Shown: positions 32,087 through 43,434, numbered from the stretch's first letter. The stretch is DNA of 64,000 nt from Planctomycetota bacterium (GCA_965223265.1 OZ244999.1:8320001-8384000), one strand, 5' to 3'. Notes: generated by a model from the sequence alone, not told the origin. A program made the numbers and translations.

Positions 32087-34348
32087 GTGATGCTCGTAGC
32101 GAAGCGATTGTGTGGTGGCGGTGTTCGAACCGTTTCGAGGTGCATCGTTTGCCTGTTTTTGACCGCCGTGACTGCCGCGCCGAATGTCTTCGCGGCACCA
32201 AAAAACGATGCGTTCGTGGATGCAACACTTCTTTTCCGGGTCTCGGGCCGGATTGAATCGACGAACGTCGACGCGACGAGTGAGGCAGGTGAACCGCTGC
32301 ACGCTGGAGAGCGTAGCCATTCGGTTTGGTGGCGATGGACTGCACCCGATAGCGGTTCGCTTTCAGTCAACACGTTTGGAAGTGGCTTCGATACGACGCT
32401 TGCAGTGTATAGGGGCGACTCGATCACCTCTCTCGCGCGGCTCGGCGAAGACGATGATGACCCGTTGGGCGTGCCTTATAGCCTGGTCGATGTAGACGTG
32501 CAGAAAGGAACGACGTATCGGATCGCAGTCGATGGATTCGAGCAGTCACAAGGCAGCATACGATTGACGTGGTGGTTCGAGCGCAGCGGCGAGCGTCCCT
32601 TGAACGACGTCTTCGACAGTGCGATCCCGATCGAAGCGGAGCGCGGCGAACTTCTCGCCAGTAGTGTCGGCGCAACCGCCGAGCCCGGCGAGCCCGACCA
32701 TGTCGGTGTTCCCGGCGGCGCGTCCGTGTGGTGGAGATGGCGTGCGCCGCGCGATGGAATTGCGAGCGTCGAGACTGCCGGCAGCACGTTCGATACGCTT
32801 CTTGCGATCTATACGGGTTCGCGGGTTTCGGCGCTGCAGCCGATCGCTGCAGACGACGACGGCGTGCTGCGTGCGAGCGCGACGGTCTTCCGCGTCACGG
32901 CAGACACGCTGTACCACATCGCGGTCGATGGCTACGACGGCTCCAGTGGCATGATCGCGCTGCGGTGGCAAATTGAGGCGCCGTGTCGACCTGAATTGCC
33001 GCGGGCGCCGATTCCACCCGTCGGCAGCGAGGGTGTGCAGCGAGACGTGACGCTGCGGTGGGACGGTTCCACGATGTTGCGCCAGGCGGTCGTCTACGGC
33101 GACGATGACCGGTTCGATCTCTACCAGGTCGAGGACCCGAGCCTCGTCGCGGCTGCTGCCTCGACCGCCGCGCTCGTACTTCGCGACAACCTCGTCGACA
33201 ACGGCGACGGAACGTACACCCTCAGCGGCCTGTCACTGGCAAACGCTGACGGGCTTTGCCCTGGTGAGCCTTTCGGCGACCAGCCGACGCCCGCTTTCTG
33301 CTCCGGTTTCCTCGTGGCCCCTCAAATCATTGCTACAGCAGGTCACTGCATCGATCTCGACTGTGCACGGGTTGCCGTCGTCTTCGGCTTTCAGATGCTC
33401 GATGCGCGCACGCCGGTCACAGTCGTTCCCGCCAGTGACGTCTACTTTTGTTCCGACTTGATCGGGCGCGAAACCCAAACCGATTTCGACTGGGGACTGT
33501 GGGTTCTGGACCGCGCCGTCGCGGACCGCGACCCGCTACGCATCCGGCGCCAGGGGCAAGTTCGTCGCGGTCAGGAATTGGTGATGATCGGATATCCCTC
33601 GGGGCTGCCAGTCAAGGTCGCCGGCGGCGCGTCGGTACGCTCCCTCAGCGGGTCCGACGCGTTCATTGCCAATCTTGACGCCTTTCAGGGGAACTCCGGC
33701 TCTGCCGTCTTCGACCGTCAGACACTCATCATCGAAGGTATTCTCTACGCCGGCGAGGAAGACTATGTGGACAGCGGGGAATGCCAACGAGTGAATCGTT
33801 GCTCCGACACCGGTTGTGAAGGTGAACTCGTCGCCTCCACGGTTCGCTTCGCGGATTTGATCCCGGCCCACGAGGAGTCACTCAGCGACGTTGTGCATTT
33901 CGGCAAATGCGGCGAACTCGTTGCCGTCGGCACCACGTCCGATCGCAGCTGGACCGTGAGCGACCTCGACGTGGGTGAGGAGTACTGCTGGCGGGTTGTT
34001 CGCAGCGACGATTGCGGCGACATCGAGGGGCCTCTCTGGCGCTTTCGCGTCACCGATGTTGAGACGCCGATGTTTCGGCGTGGCGACGCGGATGCTAACG
34101 GCGGCAAAGATCTGTCGGATGGCGTCTCCGTGCTGAATTTTCTCTTTCGCGGTCAGCCGGAGGCTGTGCCGTGTCCGAAGGCCGCGGACTCTGACGATGA
34201 CGGCGTCGTCAATCTGGCCGACGCCATGGCCATCCTTCTGCATCTCTTTCGCGGCGGACCAGCTCCTGCGCCGCCGTACGACGCCTGCGGCAACGACCCG
34301 ACGCCAGACGACCTGGAGTGCAGCAGCTTCGCGGCGTGCGAGGGGTAG
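32087..34348 (+). CDS. Secreted trypsin-like serine protease with two PPC-like repeats and a C-terminal dockerin-like domain
   Basis: Two ND.F...SVWWRW.AP...FDT.LAVY repeats, TAGHC and GNSGS catalytic motifs, RRGDADANG dockerin. Confidence 0.88.
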   Translation: MMLVAKRLCGGGVRTVSRCIVCLFLTAVTAAPNVFAAPKNDAFVDATLLFRVSGRIESTNVDATSEAGEPLHAGERSHSVWWRWTAPDSGSLSVNTFGSGFDTTLAVYRGDSITSLARLGEDDDDPLGVPYSLVDVDVQKGTTYRIAVDGFEQSQGSIRLTWWFERSGERPLNDVFDSAIPIEAERGELLASSVGATAEPGEPDHVGVPGGASVWWRWRAPRDGIASVETAGSTFDTLLAIYTGSRVSALQPIAADDDGVLRASATVFRVTADTLYHIAVDGYDGSSGMIALRWQIEAPCRPELPRAPIPPVGSEGVQRDVTLRWDGSTMLRQAVVYGDDDRFDLYQVEDPSLVAAAASTAALVLRDNLVDNGDGTYTLSGLSLANADGLCPGEPFGDQPTPAFCSGFLVAPQIIATAGHCIDLDCARVAVVFGFQMLDARTPVTVVPASDVYFCSDLIGRETQTDFDWGLWVLDRAVADRDPLRIRRQGQVRRGQELVMIGYPSGLPVKVAGGASVRSLSGSDAFIANLDAFQGNSGSAVFDRQTLIIEGILYAGEEDYVDSGECQRVNRCSDTGCEGELVASTVRFADLIPAHEESLSDVVHFGKCGELVAVGTTSDRSWTVSDLDVGEEYCWRVVRSDDCGDIEGPLWRFRVTDVETPMFRRGDADANGGKDLSDGVSVLNFLFRGQPEAVPCPKAADSDDDGVVNLADAMAILLHLFRGGPAPAPPYDACGNDPTPDDLECSSFAACEG

Positions 34349-34362
34349 AAAGGGCGGAGAGA

Positions 34363-34387
34363 GCGCGTCTCTTTTGCAACAATGGGG
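34363..34387. mobile_element. Orphan right end of the 210-bp MITE family
   Basis: GCGCGTCTCTTTTGCAACAATGGGG versus GCGCGTCTCTTTTGCAACGTTGGGG at 34596-34620. Also followed by ACAGAG. Confidence 0.7.
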
Positions 34388-34410
34388 ACAGAGACGGAGA
34401 CAGAGACAGA

Positions 34411-34620
34411 CCCGACAGTTGCATAAGTTTTCGCAGGAAGGGCTCAGAAACCCTTTCCCTGAGGTTCGATCGGCAGTTGAAGGACGTCGCGGCGGACCTC
34501 ACGTTTGGTGAGGTTGACGGTGTGCCGTGTTCCCCCTCGCCCACGCACACCCACACGCAAACTTTCACTCAATCGCAATCGCGCACGGTCTTAAGGCGCG
34601 TCTCTTTTGCAACGTTGGGG
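34411..34620 (+). mobile_element. 210-bp MITE, copy 1
   Basis: Near-identical inverted copy at 51251-51460. Imperfect IRs CCCGACAGTTGCATAAG and CCCCAACGTTGCAAAAG. ACAGA on both flanks. Confidence 0.88.
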
Positions 34621-34710
34621 ACAGAGACAGAGACAGAGACAGAGACAGAGACAGAGACAGAGACAGAGACAGAGACAGAGACAGAGACAGAGACAGAGAC
34701 AGAGACAGAG
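34621..34710. repeat. Microsatellite (ACAGAG)x15
   Basis: Perfect 90-bp hexamer array. Confidence 0.97.
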
Positions 34711-34777
34711 AGTGTTCCGCCCAAGCGCGGCTTCAGCCTCAGGCTGCGATGTCCACGAGCTGCCGCACGGCCGCTAG

Positions 34778-36296
34778 CAGCCTGTTGAAAAACCCTCACC
34801 GGTCAGTCGCTGCGTGACCGTCGTCCTCCAGCCCATCGACGTCGTCACGAGGCATATGTTATACTGCCGCTTCACTTGAAGAGAAGAGGAGCGCGGTATG
34901 TCACTGGGAAAACGTAGAGAGAGCCGCCAGCTGTCGTTTCTGCTACCCGACAGCCTGCCAAAATCGCCAGGCCACCCATTCTATCAGAGATTGAACGGTC
35001 TGCTTGCGGAGGCTGGCTTCGATAGCTGGCTCGAGGATCGGTGTGCGGAGTACTACGCCGATAGCGGCCGTCCTGGAATCCCGCCAGGAGTGTACTTCCG
35101 CATGCTGTTCGTCGGCTATTTCGAAGGAATCCAGTCTCAGCGTGGAATCGCTTGGCGCTGCAGCGATAGCCTTTCGATCCGTTCGTTCCTGGGACTGCCG
35201 ATCGAGAAGGAATCACCGGATCATTCGAGCCTGACGAGGGTGCGCAAGCGCCTCCCTCTGGCGGTGCACGAAGAGGTGTTTTGTCGGGTCTTGACGCAGG
35301 CGATCGAGAAGAAGCTTTTGAAGGGAAGTACCGTAGCCGTCGACTCTACGACGCTCGAAGCTGACGCCGCGATGAAGTCTATCGTGCGTAAGGACACAGG
35401 CGAGAGCTACACCGAATACCTCCGGCGCCTGGCGGAGGAAGAGGGCATGGACGATCCGACGGACGAAGATCTGAGGCGTTTCGACAAGAAGCGCAAAGGC
35501 AAGAAGACGTCGAACACCGAATGGAAGTCCACGACGGACTCGGATAGCCGAGTCACGAAGATGAAGGATGGCCGCACGCACCTTGCATACAAAGCAGAGA
35601 ACACCGTCGACCTGGAGACTGACCTCGTGCTTTCGGCGAACGTGTTTCACGCTGATCATGCGGACAACGACTCGCTGACGATCAGTTTGGTCAGTGCACA
35701 GAAAAATCTCATCGAGAGCGGTAGCGAGGCCGCGATCAAAGAAGTCGTCGCTGACAAGGGCTATCACAAGGCAGAAACGCTAGCCGACCTCGACGCCATT
35801 GGAGTGAGATCGTACGTACCTGAGCCAGAGCGAAAACATCGACGACGCTGGAAAGCGAAACCGGCATCGCACAAGGACGCAGTGTACGCCAACCGACGCC
35901 GGGTGCGAGGTGAACGAAGCCGCAGATTACAGCGCAAGCGCAGCGAGCTCGTTGAGCGCACCTTCGCGCATATGTGCGAGACGGGCGGTGGCCGTCGCTC
36001 TTGGCTCCGCGGGCTCAGAAAAGTGAGCAAACGCTACTTGATCCTCGCCGCAGCGCGAAACCTCGGAGTCATTCTGCGTGCGCTGTTTGGATTCGGAACT
36101 GCGAGGTCACTGCAGCGGGGTATAGAGGGCCTTTCTGGCTACTTTTCAGCCGCATGGCGTTATCTAGAAGCTCTGGTGCGCCATCTTGACGGCATCGATC
36201 GAGCGATGACGATTTCATCCGTCAAACTTGCGAGTTGACGGACCGTGTCGCTTAAACGGCGAATCGAGCTCTGAGCCGCGGTTTTTCAACGGGCTG
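34778..36296 (+). mobile_element. Complete insertion sequence, IS5/IS1182-like (1519 bp)
   Basis: 17-bp IR CAGCC(T/C)GTTGAAAAACC. CTAG duplication at 34774-34777 and 36297-36300. One transposase ORF. Confidence 0.93.
34898..36238 (+). CDS. DDE transposase (DUF772-type N-terminus)
   Basis: GRPGIPP..YFRML, PDHSSLTR.R, VDST, ADKGY, R...VERTFAH. Confidence 0.93.
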   Translation: MSLGKRRESRQLSFLLPDSLPKSPGHPFYQRLNGLLAEAGFDSWLEDRCAEYYADSGRPGIPPGVYFRMLFVGYFEGIQSQRGIAWRCSDSLSIRSFLGLPIEKESPDHSSLTRVRKRLPLAVHEEVFCRVLTQAIEKKLLKGSTVAVDSTTLEADAAMKSIVRKDTGESYTEYLRRLAEEEGMDDPTDEDLRRFDKKRKGKKTSNTEWKSTTDSDSRVTKMKDGRTHLAYKAENTVDLETDLVLSANVFHADHADNDSLTISLVSAQKNLIESGSEAAIKEVVADKGYHKAETLADLDAIGVRSYVPEPERKHRRRWKAKPASHKDAVYANRRRVRGERSRRLQRKRSELVERTFAHMCETGGGRRSWLRGLRKVSKRYLILAAARNLGVILRALFGFGTARSLQRGIEGLSGYFSAAWRYLEALVRHLDGIDRAMTISSVKLAS

Positions 36297-37334
36297 CTAG
36301 GCGTACTGCGTCGCCATCGTTTCCAGCGACATCGGCTTGATCTTGCCCGCTTGCCCAGCTTGGCCGAACGCGGTCATGCGTGCGATGCAGACTTCCTTCA
36401 TCGCGGCCCGGGCTGGCTTGAGCCAGTCACGCGGGTCGAACTTCTCCGGGCTTTCCATCAGCACCTTGCGCACCGCACCGGTCATCGCCAAGCGGTTGTC
36501 CGTGTCGACGTTGACCTTGCGGACGCCGTGCTTGATGCCTTCCTGGATCTCCTTGACGGGCACGCCCCACGTCTGCTTGATCGCGCCGCCGTAGCGATTG
36601 ATGATGTCTTGTAGTTCCTGCGGCACGGACGACGAACCGTGCATGACGAGATGGCAGTTGGGTAGGCGACGATGGATTTCGCGGATGCGCTCCATCGCGA
36701 GAATCTCGCCGTCCGGCTCGCGGGTGAATTTGTAGGCGCCATGGCTGGTGCCGATGGCCACTGCGAGTGCATCGCAGCCAGTGGCCGCCACGAAGCGTTC
36801 GGCTTCTTCGGGGTCAGTGAGAAGCTGATCACGCGATAGAGTGCCTTCGAATCCGTGACCGTCTTCTTTGTCGCCTGCGAGGGTTTCGAGAGAGCCAAGG
36901 CAGCCGAGTTCCCCCTCGACCGTGACGCCGCGGCTGTGCGCTTCGCGTACGACCTCGGCGGTGACGCGCACGTTGTAGTCGAAGTCGGCCGGAGTCTTTC
37001 CGTCCTCTTCGAGGGATCCGTCCATCATGACTGACGTGAAGCCCATGTCGATGGCGCTCTTGCACGTCGCCGGACTGTTGCCGTGGTCTTGGTGCATGGA
37101 GACAGGAATCTGCGGATAGAGCTCTGCTGCTGCAAGCATCAAGTGGCGCAGGTAATTGTCCTGGGAATAGGAACGCGCGCCCCTCGAAGCCTGGACGATC
37201 ACTGGTGACTCGGTTTCCTCCGCGGCCTCCATAATCGCTTGGATCTGCTCCATGTTGTTGACGTTGAACGCCGCGATTCCATAGTCGTTCTCGGCGGCGT
37301 GGTCGAGTAGGTGGCGCATCGGTACGAGAGGCAT
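36297..37334 (-). CDS. fba: Fructose-bisphosphate aldolase class II
   Basis: [39 protein letters not shown]. Start at MPLVPMRH. Confidence 0.97.
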   Translation of the reverse strand: MPLVPMRHLLDHAAENDYGIAAFNVNNMEQIQAIMEAAEETESPVIVQASRGARSYSQDNYLRHLMLAAAELYPQIPVSMHQDHGNSPATCKSAIDMGFTSVMMDGSLEEDGKTPADFDYNVRVTAEVVREAHSRGVTVEGELGCLGSLETLAGDKEDGHGFEGTLSRDQLLTDPEEAERFVAATGCDALAVAIGTSHGAYKFTREPDGEILAMERIREIHRRLPNCHLVMHGSSSVPQELQDIINRYGGAIKQTWGVPVKEIQEGIKHGVRKVNVDTDNRLAMTGAVRKVLMESPEKFDPRDWLKPARAAMKEVCIARMTAFGQAGQAGKIKPMSLETMATQYA

Positions 37335-37677
37335 CGGGTACTCCTTGATTCCTCGACGCCGAGGCCGGAGCTGAGCGGCTGATTCGAGGCAGATTTTTGT
37401 GTCTGGGTTCTCTTGCGATCGGAAGTGCACTTGCGTGCGGTAGGTCCGGTGGCGTCTCACGAGGATGCCCCGGACCTTTCCCAGGCGGGCCGTGTCCGCG
37501 AGGCGTTTCGCGGGCGTCCGGCCGCCTGAAGGCGGACGGCTACCTTACCCTTTTCGAGGCCAAAACTCAAACCCAGTTCCCCGGCGGCGGCGGCTCCTCG
37601 CTCACTAGAACAGACCATGAGCGAGACCGCGTTTAGCAGTTCCTAGCGCCGCCTGACAGAGACGACTCACATTGAAG

Positions 37678-38160
37678 TCAGCGCTGCTTGCCTTTGCCGC
37701 GGCCCAAGCCGACGACGCACCGGTAGTGCTGCGGTTCTACCGGTTGTACCGAGAGGCGCTGGCCACGTCGCGTGACCAGCATACCCTCGAGCGCGCGGGT
37801 CGATTTGAGCGTGTCGAGGGAGACAATCTCAGGGAATTTCTCGACGAACTCTAGGTCGACCATCATCCACGTTGGGTCATCCCGCTTCGACTTGGGGTCG
37901 TAGTGTGGATCCTTGGGATCGAACGCGGTCGGGTCTGGGTACGCCGTACGGCTGACGCGCGCCAGTCCTGCAACGCCTGGCGGCTTGGCATTCGAGTGGT
38001 AGAAGAGCACCTCGTGACCGACAGCCATGTCGTCGCGCATGAAATTGCGCGCCTGGCAGTTCCGCACGCCGTCCCACGGCGCTGTCCGATCGCGCTTGAG
38101 GTCGTCGATCGAGTAGACGTCCGGCTCGCTCTTCATCAGCCAGTAGCGTTTCTTGGCCAT
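37678..38160 (-). CDS. EVE domain protein
   Basis: YWLMKSEP, WDGVRN.QARN, FYHS, RLSVQPV. Confidence 0.94.
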   Translation of the reverse strand: MAKKRYWLMKSEPDVYSIDDLKRDRTAPWDGVRNCQARNFMRDDMAVGHEVLFYHSNAKPPGVAGLARVSRTAYPDPTAFDPKDPHYDPKSKRDDPTWMMVDLEFVEKFPEIVSLDTLKSTRALEGMLVTRRGQRLSVQPVEPQHYRCVVGLGRGKGKQR

Positions 38161-38260
38161 GCGTGGTGTGGTCCTTTCTGCTCCGAGATTGCTCAACGCT
38201 TGTTATGTCATAGAGATGCGAAGCGGAGTGATTCTTCGCAACTCCTTTGTGCCGCTCAGT

Positions 38261-38929
38261 TCACTCCGAGGGCGCCGGGCCGGCGCCAGTGCGGGTTGTT
38301 GTGAGCCGTGCCAGCTCTTCGAGTAGGAGCTTGACGGCGAGCGCGCATGTTGAAGTTGGTAGGGTTGGTGCGTGTGGAGAGTTCTCGGTGCCGCCCAGGG
38401 TTTGCAGTTGTGAGGGGTCGATCGGCAGGTGGACGAACATGGACCGCGTTCCCGCGCCGGTCGTGGCCGACCAGTGGCGGCTCCAGTAGAGCGTGGCATT
38501 GCAGAGATACGAGCCTGCCGACGTAGAGACGCGCGCCGGAATTCCTGCAGCGCGGAGGATCTGGGCGCAGCGGGCAAGCGGCAAGTTCGAACGGTACGAC
38601 GTCGGCCCACCCTTGAGAAGGGGGCGTAGGTCGCCAGGGTCTTCGTGTGGTTCGCGATGGAGGTTGAGACCGATGGCTTCGAGTGCGACATCAGAGCTGT
38701 GGGCCGCCTGACCCAGGTGCAGTGCGAAGTCGGGCTTGATCGCGAGATCAGCTTCGAGGCGTTCTCGGATCGAGGCGAACTCAACCGGGTAGATCCGCGT
38801 CGTCAGGTCGATCGTCGGTGGCCACGAGCCCGCGAGAGCCTCGAGGCACAGCGCGCTGGAGTTCGTCTGCCAGTGCGCAAACGGTTCGAACGCGGTGAGG
38901 AGAACGCGGGTGCTCGCTGGGGGCTTCAT
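38261..38929 (-). CDS. pcp: Pyroglutamyl-peptidase I
   Basis: LLTAFEPF, NSS, SAGSYLCN, FVHLP. Confidence 0.88.
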   Translation of the reverse strand: MKPPASTRVLLTAFEPFAHWQTNSSALCLEALAGSWPPTIDLTTRIYPVEFASIRERLEADLAIKPDFALHLGQAAHSSDVALEAIGLNLHREPHEDPGDLRPLLKGGPTSYRSNLPLARCAQILRAAGIPARVSTSAGSYLCNATLYWSRHWSATTGAGTRSMFVHLPIDPSQLQTLGGTENSPHAPTLPTSTCALAVKLLLEELARLTTTRTGAGPAPSE

Positions 38930-38973
38930 TGATTCGTTTCGCTCTTGCGGTCTCGAGGTCCTCTAGCAGTCTG

Positions 38974-39675
38974 TCAGCTGCCGAACGGCAGGTACAGAGT
39001 TCGGATGGCGATCTCGAATAGCGGCCAAAACACGGTCGGAAAGCACTTCCACGCGATCAGCAGCCCGAGGAGTGACCACATCGGCTCGCTGAAGAAATCC
39101 TGAAAGCGCGTCGCCATCCGTTTCGGCAGAAAGAGCACAGCTACGCTGCTGCCGTCGAGAGGCGGCAAAGGTATGAGATTGAACGTGAACAGGATCATAT
39201 TGAGCGAGAAAAAGACGCTCAGCAAAAGAGCGACATTTTCGAAGCGGCCGAGTTCGCTTGCCTGAGCGATGCTGCTGAAGGTGAGGCTCTCAGGTGGCGC
39301 GAACACATCAAAACCGATGCCGATCGCGAGGAGGGCGCCCGTGAGAATCACAAGCGACAAGTTGGCCAGAGGACCGGCTAGAGCCATCAGCGCTGCCCGT
39401 CGCGGATGGTTGTAGGACCAGAACGGATCGTACGGGGCGCTGGCCCAGCCGATGCAGTACCCGGACAAAAAGAGCGACACGAGAGGAACCACCACCATGC
39501 CCACCGGCTCGCGCCGAATGTGCGGCAAGGGGTCGAGAGTCACTTGGCCGCCCAAGTAGGCCGTGCGATCTCCGAGCTTCAGCGCGCTCCAGGCGTGCGC
39601 GGCTTCGTGGAGCGTCGCCGAGATGACGAACACGCCATACCAGACGATGCCGAGGACTAGATCGTTCGTAGCCAT
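38974..39675 (-). CDS. Site-2 protease (M50) family protein
   Basis: HEAAH, ALAGP, FNLIPLPPLDG. Confidence 0.93.
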   Translation of the reverse strand: MATNDLVLGIVWYGVFVISATLHEAAHAWSALKLGDRTAYLGGQVTLDPLPHIRREPVGMVVVPLVSLFLSGYCIGWASAPYDPFWSYNHPRRAALMALAGPLANLSLVILTGALLAIGIGFDVFAPPESLTFSSIAQASELGRFENVALLLSVFFSLNMILFTFNLIPLPPLDGSSVAVLFLPKRMATRFQDFFSEPMWSLLGLLIAWKCFPTVFWPLFEIAIRTLYLPFGS

Positions 39676-39897
39676 CCGATACGTATCCCGATGAGACTCA
39701 GCGTGTCTATCGCTAGGCTAGGGTCACCTCAGCACGGGAGGCTTCCATTCGACAGTCGTTACCCGCCCATTGTCAACTTCGACCGGAATCGGCGATGGTA
39801 TCCTCTCGGCAGAACCACCGCGGAGTTCGTGTGACGCGCGCTCCGTGATCGAGCGATTGCCGTCGTCGCCACACGAGACCACGCCTTCGAGACGGCG

Positions 39898-40584
39898 TCA
39901 CGTCTCGGCCGAGCGTCGCGCGGCGACCCGTCGTCGCCAGCTCTCCGCGCTGCTTCGCCGACCGCGCATGAGGAGAATTCGCTCCATCAAGAGATCCAGC
40001 GTCGCTTCTAAGCGGCTCGCGGCCTGCTCTTCACCATGGTGCGAGAGCACTCGCGATGCCGCCTCAAGCGTGCAAAAGTGGTTGCGGTCACGAGCGCGTC
40101 GTCCTTGCCAGCGCGGTGGGGGTTCCGAGGCGGGGAGCGCGACGTGCTGCAGGTCGATCAGTCCCGGCACGCGTGCGAGCATTCGCCTCGCCTGTCCCCA
40201 AGTGCCGTCCAGAAGCACGTACGTCAGCGGACCCCTTCCTGCGGTCGCTTCTGGTTGGCGGTCCGCGGTGGCAGCGCCTGCGAGCGGAAAAAGGATGAAG
40301 CTAGTCGTCGGATCGAGTGGCGCGATCGTTGGCGCTGCGCTGTCGTGCTCGCGATCCTGCCGCGACTCGCCATGAATGTACAACGCGCTGTTCGTGAGTG
40401 CTCGATGCACCCAGCGGCCGGTGTTACTTTGGCGGGGCAGCTCCGAGGCGTGCTGCACGACCACGAAGCGGGTCCGCGACGCGACGGGTCGTATGAGATC
40501 GCAGACGCAGAGATGCGGCGCGAAGTAGCAGTGGCGACAGCAGGCGGAATCTCTGAGGGGCTTTGCAGCTGAGCGCATTGACAC
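39898..40584 (-). CDS. DTW-domain tRNA aminocarboxypropyltransferase (TapT-like)
   Basis: C..C......C.C, H..E....SNTG, LLDGTW.QA, CTLEA. Confidence 0.85.
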   Translation of the reverse strand: MSMRSAAKPLRDSACCRHCYFAPHLCVCDLIRPVASRTRFVVVQHASELPRQSNTGRWVHRALTNSALYIHGESRQDREHDSAAPTIAPLDPTTSFILFPLAGAATADRQPEATAGRGPLTYVLLDGTWGQARRMLARVPGLIDLQHVALPASEPPPRWQGRRARDRNHFCTLEAASRVLSHHGEEQAASRLEATLDLLMERILLMRGRRSSAESWRRRVAARRSAET

Positions 40585-40590
40585 CGGCAG

Positions 40591-42270
40591 TCACTCGTCG
40601 GTGACGCAGCCCTCCGATGCTGATTTGACCCGCTGAATGTACTTGAAGAGGGTGCCGCGTTGAGCTTCGTACGGTGGAGCGCTCCATTCGCCGCGGCGTT
40701 TTTCCAGCTCCTTGGCATCGAGTTCGACGTCGAGGCGATTGTTGATTGCGTCGATCGTGATCTTGTCGCCGGTTCTCACGAGTGCGAGCGGACCGCCCTC
40801 CTGTGCCTCCGGAGTGATGTGGCCAACGATGAAGCCGTGGGATCCACCTGAGAAGCGGCCGTCGGTCAACAGCGCGACACTGTCGCCTAGGCCAGCGCCC
40901 ATGATCGCCGAAGTGGGCGTGAGCATCTCGGGCATACCGGGGCCACCTTTTGGGCCCTCATAGCGGATGACGACGACGTCTCCCGGCTTGATGGCGCCCC
41001 GCTCGAGCGCCTCGAGCATCTCTTCTTCTGAGTCGAACACGTTCGCCGTGCCCGCGAAGCGCTCCCCTTCCTTGCCCGTGATCTTCGCAACGGCGCCTTC
41101 GGGTGCGAGGCTGCCCCTCAGGATCTGCAGGTGTCCGGTCGGCTTGATGGGGTGTGCCATGTCGTGCACGACGTCTTGGCCGCTCTGGAGATCTGGAAGC
41201 TCCTCCAAGTTCTCGGCCAGGGTTTTTCCAGTGACCGTCAGGCAATCGCCATGCACGAGGCCTTCCCGAAGGAGCATCTTGAGCACACCTGGCAGCCCGC
41301 CGACGTTGTGCAGATCTTCCTGTACGTACTTGCCGCTTGGCTTCAGATCGGCGAGGTAGGGGACGCGGTCGCTGACGGCTTGAAAGTCATCGATTGTGAG
41401 CGGCACGTCGACCGCTCTCGCCATGGCGATCAAGTGGAGAACGGCGTTTGTTGATCCACCCAGGACGATCACGGTGACCAGTGCGTTTTGAAACGCCTTC
41501 GGTGTCATGATGTCCGTCGGTTTGATGTCGCGCTCGAGCAGCTCGCGGATCGCCGCCCCGGAGCGAAAACACTCGTCGAGTTTGCCTGGGTCGACCGCAG
41601 GGGTCGACGAGCTATAGGGAAGCGACATGCCCATGGCTTCGATCGCCGACGCCATCGTGTTGGCTGTGTACATACCGCCGCAGGCGCCGGCCCCCGGGCA
41701 GCTGTGCTGGACGATGGTCTTGCGCGTCTCATCGTCGATGCGCTCGCTGATGTATTCGCCGTATGCCTGAAATGCCGAGACGATGTCGAGCTTGAGGTCA
41801 TCGCACAGCCCCGGCTTGATCGTGCCGCCGTACACCATGAGTGCCGGGCGATTGACTCGACCCATGGCGATCAAGCAGCCGGGCATGTTTTTGTCGCAGC
41901 CGGGAATCGAGATATTTGCGTCGTACCACTGGGCGCCCATGACGGTCTCGATCGAATCGGCGATCAAATCGCGTGACTGGAGCGAGTAGCTCATCCCAGG
42001 CGTACCCATCGAGATGCCGTCGCTGACGCCGATGGTGTTGAATCGCATGCCGACAAGCCCCGCGTCGACCACACCTTCCTTCACCTTGGCCGCGAGATCG
42101 TTGAGGTGCATGTTGCACGTGTTGCCTTCGTACCAGACGCTCGCGATCCCGACCTGGGCTTTGTCCATGTCGCTTTCGCTGAGGCCGGTACCGTAGAGCA
42201 TCGCCTGCGACGCTCCCTGGCTTTTGACTTGGGTGATGCGAGAGCTGAATTTGTTGAGCTTTTTCGTCAT
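40591..42270 (-). CDS. ilvD: Dihydroxy-acid dehydratase
   Basis: [38 protein letters not shown]. Confidence 0.98.
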   Translation of the reverse strand: MTKKLNKFSSRITQVKSQGASQAMLYGTGLSESDMDKAQVGIASVWYEGNTCNMHLNDLAAKVKEGVVDAGLVGMRFNTIGVSDGISMGTPGMSYSLQSRDLIADSIETVMGAQWYDANISIPGCDKNMPGCLIAMGRVNRPALMVYGGTIKPGLCDDLKLDIVSAFQAYGEYISERIDDETRKTIVQHSCPGAGACGGMYTANTMASAIEAMGMSLPYSSSTPAVDPGKLDECFRSGAAIRELLERDIKPTDIMTPKAFQNALVTVIVLGGSTNAVLHLIAMARAVDVPLTIDDFQAVSDRVPYLADLKPSGKYVQEDLHNVGGLPGVLKMLLREGLVHGDCLTVTGKTLAENLEELPDLQSGQDVVHDMAHPIKPTGHLQILRGSLAPEGAVAKITGKEGERFAGTANVFDSEEEMLEALERGAIKPGDVVVIRYEGPKGGPGMPEMLTPTSAIMGAGLGDSVALLTDGRFSGGSHGFIVGHITPEAQEGGPLALVRTGDKITIDAINNRLDVELDAKELEKRRGEWSAPPYEAQRGTLFKYIQRVKSASEGCVTDE

Positions 42271-42333
42271 CGATTTGTCTTGTTCTTTTCGTCCCTATCG
42301 TTAGCCAGCATTGTTCGTCGTGGAGAACGCCGC

Positions 42334-43413
42334 TCAGACATCAGATGATTTCTCCGCGCCGAATCTGTGGATCGTTGTCTGGCGATACGTCTCGCCTGGG
42401 CGCAAGAGAGTTGACGGGAATTCAGGCTTGTTCGGCGAGTCCGGATAGTGCTGCGTTTCGAGACAGAAAGCTGAATGCTTCTGAAACGTTTTGCCGCCGG
42501 CGCCGCGGATGCCGTCCAGGTAATTGCCGGTATAGAGCTGAACGGCAGGCTGCGTCGTCCACACCTCGAGGACACGTCCAGTCGCAGGTTCGACCACACG
42601 TGCCGCGAATGTCGGCTCTGTTTGTTCGTTACCACTTCGGTCGAGGATATGACCGTGATCGAGAATATAACAATGGTCGTAGCCGACGTCGAGCTCGGCG
42701 ATGCGAGCGCCAATGCGCGTGCTACGCGTGAAATCGAGCGGCGTCCCGCGCGCCTTCAGCAGCTCTCCCGTTGGCACGAGGTCGTCGTCCAGGGCGAGGA
42801 CATGGTCGCCAGCGATCAGAATCTCGTGGTCGTACACGGTGCCTGAGCCGGGGCCGCGCAAGTTCCAGTAGGTGTGGTTCGTCAAATTGACATGCGTCGG
42901 TCGGTCCGTTTGCGCCTCATAGTCGATGGCGAGGCTACCGTCGTCGTCGATGGAATACGTTACCGCGACGCTGAGTGCGCCAGGGTAGTTCTCTTCGCCG
43001 TCCGGGCTGGCGTAGTGAAACGCGATACCTGCACGCTGGGAATCGACGACCTCGGTTGCCGCCCACACGGCTTTGTCGAAGCCGCGTCGGCCGCCGTGGA
43101 GATGCGTTCCTGGCAAGTTTTCGGCGAGACGGTACTCCTTACCGTCTAAGCTGAAGCGCGCTCCGCCGATGCGGTTGGCATAGCGCCCTACCGTGGCACC
43201 GAAGTACGGGTGCTCGGCCTCGTACTCTGCCAGCGTATCGAAACCGAGCGTCACTTCTTCAGAGTGGCCGTCGCGATCGGAAATCTTCAGCGACGTCAGG
43301 ATGGCCCCGAAGTTGATCACCTTGGCGACCACCCCGCTCGGGTGAGATAGTGTGTACTCGCGGATCTCGTCCCCACTTGCCGTTTCCCCAAAGGCTCGGC
43401 TTTCGATCTTCAT
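42334..43413 (-). CDS. galM: Aldose 1-epimerase (galactose mutarotase)
   Basis: GRYANRI, HLHGG, NLTNHTYWNL, FCLETQHYPD. Confidence 0.95.
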   Translation of the reverse strand: MKIESRAFGETASGDEIREYTLSHPSGVVAKVINFGAILTSLKISDRDGHSEEVTLGFDTLAEYEAEHPYFGATVGRYANRIGGARFSLDGKEYRLAENLPGTHLHGGRRGFDKAVWAATEVVDSQRAGIAFHYASPDGEENYPGALSVAVTYSIDDDGSLAIDYEAQTDRPTHVNLTNHTYWNLRGPGSGTVYDHEILIAGDHVLALDDDLVPTGELLKARGTPLDFTRSTRIGARIAELDVGYDHCYILDHGHILDRSGNEQTEPTFAARVVEPATGRVLEVWTTQPAVQLYTGNYLDGIRGAGGKTFQKHSAFCLETQHYPDSPNKPEFPSTLLRPGETYRQTTIHRFGAEKSSDV

Positions 43414-43434
43414 GTCTTCGGCTCTATTTGAGCG

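Noticed and set aside
34318-34817. ORFs encoding poly-TE, poly-DR and poly-SV (and similar ORFs at 50.2-50.8 and 51.9-52.5 kb)
   Set aside because: Translations of non-coding microsatellites and MITE sequence.
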